Origin: a virus
Length of the DNA stretch: 45,089 bases
Virus record (IMG/VR): IMGVR_UViG_3300027858_000001
Location: 1 to 45,089 of that record
Direction: 5' to 3' (one strand)
Shown: positions 1 to 6,563 of the stretch, piece by piece
Numbering within the stretch: position 1 is the stretch's first letter
How the letters are laid out: each line of letters starts with the position of its first letter
The notes under the pieces: model-generated
What the model was told of the DNA's origin: nothing
Databases searched by the model: none
What the model saw: the letters and a program-made list of their open reading frames with translations, nothing else
Made by a program: the position numbers and the translations under genes

Positions 1-99
1 CACCGATTCTACGTTTTTATTGCCAAGGAAACTGACACCATCAATATCCTTCTTGTTCTCGGCAACTTCATCGATGTCCTTCTTCAACGCGGTGACCCG
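1..99. repeat. Terminal direct repeat, copy 1 (identical to 44991-45089)
   Basis: Bases 1-99 (caccgattctacg...gcggtgacccg) recur exactly as the last 99 bases of the window. The repeat lies inside a coding ORF. Confidence 0.95.
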
Positions 100-258
100 T
101 GCCGATTTCTGTTTCTGAGTCTCTTCCTTAACCAGCTCCAGCCAATCAGGAACAGGTTTCAATGGTTTCGGTGTAATGACGAATCCGTGACGAGGGTTGC
201 CCGGCTTATGCAGCGTTTTGTTCATGTAGCCGGGCGCTATTACCTTGTATCGTGGCAT
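1..258 (-). CDS. Hypothetical late protein, 86 aa (MPRYKVIAPGYMNKTLHKPGNPRHGF...NKNVESV). The ORF wraps the contig junction.
   Basis: ATG at 258-256 is preceded by AAGGGGA. The frame stays open to base 1, and its stop TAA is at 44990-44988 when the ends are joined. The ORF track missed it because it is split by linearisation. Confidence 0.6.
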   Translation of the reverse strand, partial: MPRYKVIAPGYMNKTLHKPGNPRHGFVITPKPLKPVPDWLELVKEETQKQKSARVTALKKDIDEVAENKKDIDGVSFLGNKNVESV

Positions 259-271
259 TTCAAATCCCCTT

Positions 272-305
272 AAAAAGAGTGAGGGGGTGGCAGCACCACC
301 CCCTC
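272..305 (-). terminator. Rho-independent terminator after the capsid/decoration genes
   Basis: Perfect 10-bp GC-rich stem gagggggtgg(281-290)/ccaccccctc(296-305) with a 5-nt loop. On the minus strand it is followed by ACTCTTTTTA. It starts 8 nt after the stop of ORF 313-744. Confidence 0.75.
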
Positions 306-312
306 AAATCAC

Positions 313-744
313 TTACGCGCCTGTGACGTTGGTTTGGTTGCCCATAGTAATACCGGCGGAGATCTTACCCGCAGTGGCGTTAGAACCTGTCACGGTATAG
401 TGAGCACCCAGATACCGCTCAGAGATATCATTGGGCAGGAAGTCAAGACTGACCTGCTTACCTGCTACCAGATCGGCAACAGGAATGGTCTGAGAGCTAA
501 TAACGGTGCCCAACGCAGTCGTCGCGCCGGTAGCTAGACTGATCGTCAAGCTGGTCAACGTGGCGAAGTCCTCAGTCACCTGGAACAGCACCGGGATTTT
601 CGTCCCTTTACCGATGTCCTGGTTGAGAGGTGCGACGGCACCGTAAGGGGTCCCCGGCACGCCGAGGTCTTTGACGTTTTCTGAGTCTGCTGTAGCAGTG
701 ATTGCCTGGTGAACAGAAAACTCTGATTCTGCTGATAAAATCAT
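313..744 (-). CDS. Putative capsid decoration/cement protein (143 aa, beta-rich)
   Basis: Lies immediately downstream of the major capsid gene. GAGGA RBS, strong terminator after it, Thr/Gly/Ala-rich beta-type composition. Resemblance to BPP-1 Bbp16-like cement proteins is from memory only. Confidence 0.4.
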   Translation of the reverse strand: MILSAESEFSVHQAITATADSENVKDLGVPGTPYGAVAPLNQDIGKGTKIPVLFQVTEDFATLTSLTISLATGATTALGTVISSQTIPVADLVAGKQVSLDFLPNDISERYLGAHYTVTGSNATAGKISAGITMGNQTNVTGA

Positions 745-783
745 TTTATGATCCTCAATTAATTAGAAGGAAGTCGCAACCTG

Positions 784-1782
784 TTAGGTTACGCGCGCCT
801 CAGTGTTGAGCAGTGAGTCGCTTTCCCGGATTGGAATGCCACGGTAGGTCAGAACTTCCTGCCCTTGGATCTCCATTGGTTTAAGGCGAATGAAGCTATC
901 ACTGGCGCCGGCATTGGTGGACAACGCATCAAGCGCTTCCATCACGTCGCGGTTACAGTAGATAGACAAGCTACCACCGGGGATACGACGGCTCTGCAGT
1001 TTCCAGTACGCTTTACGCATGAAATCAAACAATGCCACCGAACCGGCCTGCATGTCCGACACATCAACATTAGCAACGCGTGATACATACCGCCAATCTT
1101 TCACAGCCAGACCAACATGCCAGGTGAACTTCTCTTCCTTACCGTAGTAAGCGTTACTGGAACTATCGAGCAACCGCTGACGGCCCATGTCTTCCCGTTG
1201 AACACCAGCTTGAGTGCCTTTAGGGTAGAGCAGTTGAGTCTGATTATCGCCCCAACCCACGAACCAGATCGACGCGTTATCTGAGCCAGTACCACCGGCA
1301 TCGATGATCTGATTACCATTGGCAGCACTGAGATCGTCGAATCGTGGTGCTAGTCCCATAAACTCTTCAGGGTCTGAGGCAGTGTTACCGTAGAAGATCT
1401 TACTTGAGACCTCCTGATTCATCGCTTCCAGATACGCCATCGCCTCTGATAGACGCACAGCGCCCTCATTGGTGGACAGGTCCAGGATACGCTCATCGAT
1501 GGTGCTGAGCCCTTCCACAAACCCGGTGGTATCTTCGACCTGAGATTGACGGCCCTTGTCGTTCGGGATACCCTGGTACAGCTTGCCCCATGTCACGGCG
1601 GGCAGGCCAGCTCGCACGGTATGAAGGTGGGTAGTGCCTTTATTACACTCCACCGCGATAGCATCATCGAGGACAGGATTCATCTCTTTCAGGATCTCAA
1701 TGATCTGAACGAACTGACCCTTACCATCTTGCTGCTTGTATAAGTCGATCAAGTCGACATAGCTTGCGCCTAAAGTAGCCAT
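784..1782 (-). CDS. Major capsid protein (332 aa, presumed HK97 fold)
   Basis: Position after the portal and scaffold genes. Size and N-terminus (MATLGASYVDLIDLYKQQ...) are typical of podovirus capsid proteins. AGAGG RBS. Confidence 0.75.
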   Translation of the reverse strand: MATLGASYVDLIDLYKQQDGKGQFVQIIEILKEMNPVLDDAIAVECNKGTTHLHTVRAGLPAVTWGKLYQGIPNDKGRQSQVEDTTGFVEGLSTIDERILDLSTNEGAVRLSEAMAYLEAMNQEVSSKIFYGNTASDPEEFMGLAPRFDDLSAANGNQIIDAGGTGSDNASIWFVGWGDNQTQLLYPKGTQAGVQREDMGRQRLLDSSSNAYYGKEEKFTWHVGLAVKDWRYVSRVANVDVSDMQAGSVALFDFMRKAYWKLQSRRIPGGSLSIYCNRDVMEALDALSTNAGASDSFIRLKPMEIQGQEVLTYRGIPIRESDSLLNTEARVT

Positions 1783-1799
1783 TCATTTAGCCTCTAAAA

Positions 1800-2441
1800 T
1801 TATGCGGTTTTCGCCGCTGGGTAGAGAATAGACACTCGATCCGCAGGAGTGTTGCCGGGGGCATTAGTGCCTTCACCGGGTACATCCTCGCGGGTCAACT
1901 TGCCTACCCTGAACATAAACCGAATCATCTCAGGGTGGTTACCCACACCGTGATCAGTCAGCAATTGCTTCAGCTCTGGTGTCCCGAACTTGTCCACAGC
2001 AGTTCGAGCGATGGCGACGTTCTCATCGAACTTGTCACCACCGATCTCATTGTCGCTTCGAGAGTCGGTCTGCCATTGCGTCATCATCTGGTTAAACGCT
2101 TCTACTTGATTCTCAGCACCTGTCTTATTCTGTGCCGCCTGGAAGTCAACCAACTTCTGCGCCTGATCTTGCGTCAATCCCAGCTCTTTAAAGATGGGAC
2201 TGACCAAATCGATCATCGCCGTGTCTGGCTCTACCCCTTCAGGCATAGCAAAATCAGCATAGGTGTCTGGAGCACCAGCGTCACCAGTTCCTTCACTCGT
2301 AAGAGTAGTTTCACCCTCACCAGTTCCTTCACTCGTAAGAGTAGTTTCACCCTCACCAGTTCCTTCAACGACAGGAGTGTTCACCTGTTCGTTAGGTAAT
2401 TCTTCACCCTCAGCGGGTGCAACTGCTACATCGTTATCCAT
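1800..2441 (-). CDS. Scaffolding protein (213 aa)
   Basis: Lies between the portal and capsid genes. Acidic, repeat-containing N-terminus and helical C-terminus. GGAGA RBS. The start overlaps the upstream stop. Confidence 0.6.
   Translation of the reverse strand: MDNDVAVAPAEGEELPNEQVNTPVVEGTGEGETTLTSEGTGEGETTLTSEGTGDAGAPDTYADFAMPEGVEPDTAMIDLVSPIFKELGLTQDQAQKLVDFQAAQNKTGAENQVEAFNQMMTQWQTDSRSDNEIGGDKFDENVAIARTAVDKFGTPELKQLLTDHGVGNHPEMIRFMFRVGKLTREDVPGEGTNAPGNTPADRVSILYPAAKTA
2281..2367. repeat. 36-bp perfect tandem repeat (about 2.4 copies) inside the scaffold gene
   Basis: Units 2284-2319 and 2320-2355 are identical (ccagttccttcactcgtaagagtagtttcaccctca), with a partial third copy at 2356-2367. 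They encode GTGEGETTLTSE repeats. Confidence 0.95.
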
Positions 2442-2688
2442 TGTAATTCTCCGTGATCATTTTCAGGTAGTCTCCTGGTGATGCCTCTTTCAGTTCTAAC
2501 TCAAGCCATAGGCCGTGGCTTCTCTTGCCAGCGTTGTATGAGTGCATATTGGCGTCGGCAGTAAAAGTATTATAAAACAATCTAGTATGAGTCAGACAGT
2601 GCCAGACAAAATCCCTGCCACCGCGCGTGCTCAACTGCTGTTTCATCATTAACAGTTGTGAAGCTCTATCTACGGTTACCTCGCTCAT
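2434..2688 (-). CDS. Small head-module protein (84 aa)
   Basis: ATGA overlap with the portal stop, and its own stop overlaps the scaffold start. Possibly Bbp19-like, from memory only. Confidence 0.5.
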   Translation of the reverse strand: MSEVTVDRASQLLMMKQQLSTRGGRDFVWHCLTHTRLFYNTFTADANMHSYNAGKRSHGLWLELELKEASPGDYLKMITENYNG

Positions 2689-4361
2689 GCTAACCCCGCG
2701 TTACGCATCATCGCAGTGAGTCCGTTCTCGCCTTGCGTGTTTATCTCCGAAGCATCCTTTGCGGTAGCTGCCATCTGCTGGTTTTCCTCAGCTGCCTGAG
2801 CTTGTGCCGCTGCCTGAGCTTCCTGTTGCTGGATCTGTTGGACCTCTTCATCACCGCGTACCACTTTAGGATCGACTCCCAGAGCATCAGCGAAATCATC
2901 GACCGCTTGTAGTGCGTCAATTTTATGGCGCGCATCCGGCCATATCTGTGCGACCTGACCAGCGAACCCGGTGAGTCTCTCCAGATTACCGGTAGCAACC
3001 AAACGCTGCGCTTGTGCCAATACCGACACGTATTCAACATCCATATCAGTGCCCTGCAGCGCTTCAGGTGGTTCAGGTAACACCCCGTTCTTCTCAAGAA
3101 TGTTATACGTACGGTCGATCAACCCATCCAGTAACTCGGTGTGTAACCGCTCAAGCACCGGACCAAGCATCAACAACTTCTCTTCGTGTTTCTCTGCGAC
3201 CTCTCGTGCTGTGATCTGACGACGATCACTGTTCGACAACATCAAGAACAGATCCTCGTAGAACGCCTTGCTGATGCGCCCCTCCGCGTCACGGATCTCC
3301 TCCTTGATAACGCCGATCTCAGGTCGGTAGTTACCGTAGATAGAGGATAGGGTTGCACCAGGGTCATCGGTCCAGACGATATCCCCTGCTCTGGCCTGAG
3401 CACCCCCCATCTTGGTCTTGAGTGATGAAGGTCCTTGTAGTGGAGGTGACACCAGCTTATCGATCGCCTGGTACTTCCGCTTCTCCGCCAGTTGCAACGC
3501 CTTAACATCTCCCAGCGCAATCATGCCGGGGCAATCCGTGGCATAGATATCTTCTGCTGTCACATCCCACCGTGGGGATAGTATGGGGAAGTCATCAAAC
3601 CCGGACTCACGCAAGAACCCGCTATCGCCATTCTTCTTGGCCTGCCTGCTGTTCTCGTAGTAGACCGACCTGAACCGCTTGTCCTTCGCTAGTGGACTGA
3701 TCTGGTCTCGATCATCGTTAGGTTCGACACCATGAACCACAGTCACCCATGCCTCGGTGTTGCCTGACTCCCACATGTGCTGTACTGCGGTACTGCAGTT
3801 GTCAATCCCGAACTGCTTTACACACTGAGCCACTGTGATGTCGTACTCACGATAAAACGAATCGATCTGATTCTTGCCATCAGCGGCCAACACATACCCG
3901 CCAACAGTATATGGTCGGCACCAGATAACGTTCTCGAAATCCTCGAACACACCCATCGAAGCGGTGCCGAATACCCCTAACTCACCGTATAGCGTGTGCA
4001 GGGAGTTGTATGTATTCGATGAGCTGAACACCTTGTACATGATCATCTGCACCTGATGCAGCCATTTTTTGACTGCTGTGTTCTCATCGAGATCGCTATC
4101 ACCGGATGACAACCTGAACCATGGTCGAGCTGGTGACGTGATCCCGGCCATCATCCCCGACGCCAAGGTACGCACCGCCAACCGGCTAGTGTTATTGATC
4201 TGCTTGGTGTTGCGCTGATGGCCTTTGTTGCGGTCCGATGTTAAGAACCGTCCACGATGCGCCAGATGATAATCGGATAACTCCTGGTACACGGGAATAA
4301 ACGATGAGCGTTCACTCTCCATCGCTTTAAATCGTTTCCGGTAACTAGATATATTAGCCAT
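2685..4361 (-). CDS. Portal (head-to-tail connector) protein, T7 gp8-like (558 aa)
   Basis: The N-terminus (RKRFKAMESERSSFIPVYQELSDYHLAHRGRF...ITSPARPWFRL) resembles the podovirus connector family. Gln/Ala-rich C-terminal tail. Position upstream of the scaffold and capsid genes. Confidence 0.85.
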   Translation of the reverse strand: MANISSYRKRFKAMESERSSFIPVYQELSDYHLAHRGRFLTSDRNKGHQRNTKQINNTSRLAVRTLASGMMAGITSPARPWFRLSSGDSDLDENTAVKKWLHQVQMIMYKVFSSSNTYNSLHTLYGELGVFGTASMGVFEDFENVIWCRPYTVGGYVLAADGKNQIDSFYREYDITVAQCVKQFGIDNCSTAVQHMWESGNTEAWVTVVHGVEPNDDRDQISPLAKDKRFRSVYYENSRQAKKNGDSGFLRESGFDDFPILSPRWDVTAEDIYATDCPGMIALGDVKALQLAEKRKYQAIDKLVSPPLQGPSSLKTKMGGAQARAGDIVWTDDPGATLSSIYGNYRPEIGVIKEEIRDAEGRISKAFYEDLFLMLSNSDRRQITAREVAEKHEEKLLMLGPVLERLHTELLDGLIDRTYNILEKNGVLPEPPEALQGTDMDVEYVSVLAQAQRLVATGNLERLTGFAGQVAQIWPDARHKIDALQAVDDFADALGVDPKVVRGDEEVQQIQQQEAQAAAQAQAAEENQQMAATAKDASEINTQGENGLTAMMRNAGLA

Positions 4362-4782
4362 TTCTCACCCGATAAAACATCACAGTTAATAGAACAATCG
4401 TGTCAGTGGTGGTTGCGTTAATCCACACACCGGGGTCGATCTTCAGGTTTAACCCCGTTAGTGAAAAGTTAGACGCCCTGGTCAGCTGAGGTCGCAGTAT
4501 CTCGTTAATAGGCGTCACACTGTCATGTGCGTCAGCTGTGAAGATGTCCACATCTGCCGGGGTGGTATTGCTTACATCCTTGTCAGCGCTGACGATGATA
4601 TCGGTGACCACAATGAAGTGATCACTCACTGGTGCCATGAAGTTAAACGCGACACCTATGGTATCCATCGCCATCGTGATGGGAGAACTGTACTCTAGAG
4701 GTGCAACCACAAGCTGCCCAAACGGAGTGACATTCACTCGAATATCGTTGAGCTTACCCACCAGGCTAGCGTTAATGCTCAA
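4354..4782 (-). CDS. Beta-rich hypothetical protein, member of a tandem paralogue set (142 aa)
   Basis: TTG start overlaps the upstream TGA (TTGA), and the stop overlaps the portal start. Shares blocks with the two upstream ORFs, for example GQLVVAP and DHFIVVTDIIV. Confidence 0.55.
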   Translation of the reverse strand: MSINASLVGKLNDIRVNVTPFGQLVVAPLEYSSPITMAMDTIGVAFNFMAPVSDHFIVVTDIIVSADKDVSNTTPADVDIFTADAHDSVTPINEILRPQLTRASNFSLTGLNLKIDPGVWINATTTDTIVLLTVMFYRVRNG

Positions 4783-5318
4783 AGAGAGAGTACCCCCAGC
4801 GTGACATCAAGAGTGATCAGTCCTGTGCCTGCTACGCGCTTGAATGCGACCGCATCCCCTTGTGGAATGATGATCCCTCCTACCACCGAGACAAGGTACT
4901 CAGTGTCGGCCACTGCTGCCTCCGCGAATCCAAGGTGACCTAGTTTAGTAAGTCCCGTGATGTCAGTGTCGAACTTGGCCTCCATCGTGGGGGACAGCGG
5001 GCTGCTCATGTTTAAGTTGGTGACTTCTGCATCGGTCCCCGTCACATAAACCGGGTCACCAGTGACGCTCTCAATCATGAGTTTAGTCGGCACAGATGAT
5101 GACAGTTTGAAATGGTTAAACCCGATGTCAGTTGTGCCGGTGTTCTTGATGTAAAAGAAATAATCATCTGCTGCTGCTGGGGTCACTTGCATGAACACCG
5201 ATGACAGCAGCCCCGCGAACAGAAGCGTTTCCTCCAGGTTCTGACTCACCGCGTGGGTCATCAACCTGTTTGTGGGATCAACATCTGCGATTAATCCGTC
5301 CGCACCAGTAATCTGCAT
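4779..5318 (-). CDS. Beta-rich hypothetical protein, paralogue of 5318-5905 (179 aa)
   Basis: GGGAG RBS and a 1-nt TGATG overlap. Blocks VDPTNRLMTHA, DYFFYIKNTGTTD and TGTDAEVTNLNMSS match the neighbouring ORF. Confidence 0.6.
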   Translation of the reverse strand: MQITGADGLIADVDPTNRLMTHAVSQNLEETLLFAGLLSSVFMQVTPAAADDYFFYIKNTGTTDIGFNHFKLSSSVPTKLMIESVTGDPVYVTGTDAEVTNLNMSSPLSPTMEAKFDTDITGLTKLGHLGFAEAAVADTEYLVSVVGGIIIPQGDAVAFKRVAGTGLITLDVTLGVLSL

Positions 5319-5905
5319 CAGGTTAACTCCCTGTGAATTGGCACCTGTATTTGAACATTCATGCTGATATTGTCGGCACCCGGTTTAATCCCCATCGAGA
5401 AGGACGATCCAGGAGCCAGAACTATTGGCCTACCGGGGAATTCCCTCAGCGTGACTCCTTCAGGGATCAGTGCTGGTGCAGCAGAGGTCCCACCAGACAC
5501 CGTGCTACCCGTTGAGCCAATCTTGAAATCCCCCGTCAGCTTCTTAGAACTACCGAAGTTGAGATTGGCAGGGGTGAAGTCGGTCCCAGCGGTAATCAGT
5601 GTGCCGCCGGTCGGGTTTATTGTGAACTGCATCAACAAATCCCCTATACCGAACGTGGCACCGAACGTGCCAGAAAGCACATCAATAACCCATTGAACTT
5701 CCTCATTGTTCTTAATGTAAATAATATGGGAGTACCCAGAGCCAGTTAGACTCACCGTGCCTGTCGTAGCGAGAAACGCCCCACCCAGTAGCGCCTCAAC
5801 AACGCCTTGCGGCTCACTGCTTGCCGCCACCTCTAGCTGGTTTCGAGTGTTAACTCGCGATCCGCGTTGTGTCAGCGCGTCCACCAGGTTAGTCAATCCG
5901 CTCAT
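5318..5905 (-). CDS. Beta-rich hypothetical protein, paralogue of 4779-5318 (195 aa)
   Basis: ATGA overlap with the upstream ORF and a GGGAGCGG RBS. Blocks VNTRNQLEVAA, YSHIIYIKNNEEV and AGTDFTPANLNFGSS. Confidence 0.6.
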   Translation of the reverse strand: MSGLTNLVDALTQRGSRVNTRNQLEVAASSEPQGVVEALLGGAFLATTGTVSLTGSGYSHIIYIKNNEEVQWVIDVLSGTFGATFGIGDLLMQFTINPTGGTLITAGTDFTPANLNFGSSKKLTGDFKIGSTGSTVSGGTSAAPALIPEGVTLREFPGRPIVLAPGSSFSMGIKPGADNISMNVQIQVPIHRELT

Positions 5906-6321
5906 GTATCCGCTCCCGTTACCGTCGTCTCGAACGCCACTTCAAATCGTAAATTGAGCAATCGCAGCTCATCGATGACCGCTAGTTGGTCGATCCACAA
6001 CCGAGACAGCTGTGAATTCATTGCTGCAGCAAACTCTTCAATCGTGTCAATCGGGTTATCCGTACTGGCACCAAACTCAGTTACCGATAGGGATGCTGTG
6101 TCAGTCATCGCCAGCACCCAAACGTTCACATCCAACGACGGCACATGAAATATCGGGTCACTTCCGTTGAGGATGTGAAACGCTGTGTTAGATAGCGCAG
6201 GCTTAGTATCGTTGAACACGATACGCACACTATCACGATGCGCCTGCAACAGCAGCGGGTTCAGATCCACGTTGACCCTCACATACTGGGTCACATCTAG
6301 CACCGCGCTACCCGTGGACAC
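5902..6321 (-). CDS. Hypothetical protein with a beta-rich N-terminus and helical C-terminus (139 aa)
   Basis: GTG start overlaps the upstream TAG by 1 nt. Part of the coupled chain between terL and the portal gene. Confidence 0.5.
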   Translation of the reverse strand: MSTGSAVLDVTQYVRVNVDLNPLLLQAHRDSVRIVFNDTKPALSNTAFHILNGSDPIFHVPSLDVNVWVLAMTDTASLSVTEFGASTDNPIDTIEEFAAAMNSQLSRLWIDQLAVIDELRLLNLRFEVAFETTVTGADT

Positions 6322-6536
6322 TATTCGCCCAGAAGGTTTTTCGTGGCGGTTGCACCAGCGTTAGTCACACCACGCGAGCTGGTCAGGATAGTGCTGCGCT
6401 CGCTACCACCGGATGCCGCACGCTTGCGCTTCCTGTCTAAATCGCCGCCGCCCTGCCCTGCTGCCTCATCCGGCAGCCTGGGAGCCTCTGGTGGAGGTGG
6501 AGGCGGCTTAGGTGCTTTCTTTTTACTACCACACAT
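6321..6536 (-). CDS. Small basic Pro-rich protein (71 aa, MCGSKKKAPKPPPPPPEAP...)
   Basis: Strong RBS (AAGAGGGTGA) upstream of the ATG. Predicted to be disordered. No signal peptide despite the Cys at position 2. Confidence 0.5.
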   Translation of the reverse strand: MCGSKKKAPKPPPPPPEAPRLPDEAAGQGGGDLDRKRKRAASGGSERSTILTSSRGVTNAGATATKNLLGE

Positions 6537-6563
6537 ATGATCACCCTCTTACGTATAAATGCG

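Noticed and set aside
2741-4056. Several 60-118-aa ORFs on both strands within the portal gene
   Set aside because: All are nested in, or antisense to, the well-supported 558-aa portal ORF. None has an RBS and all have atypical composition.
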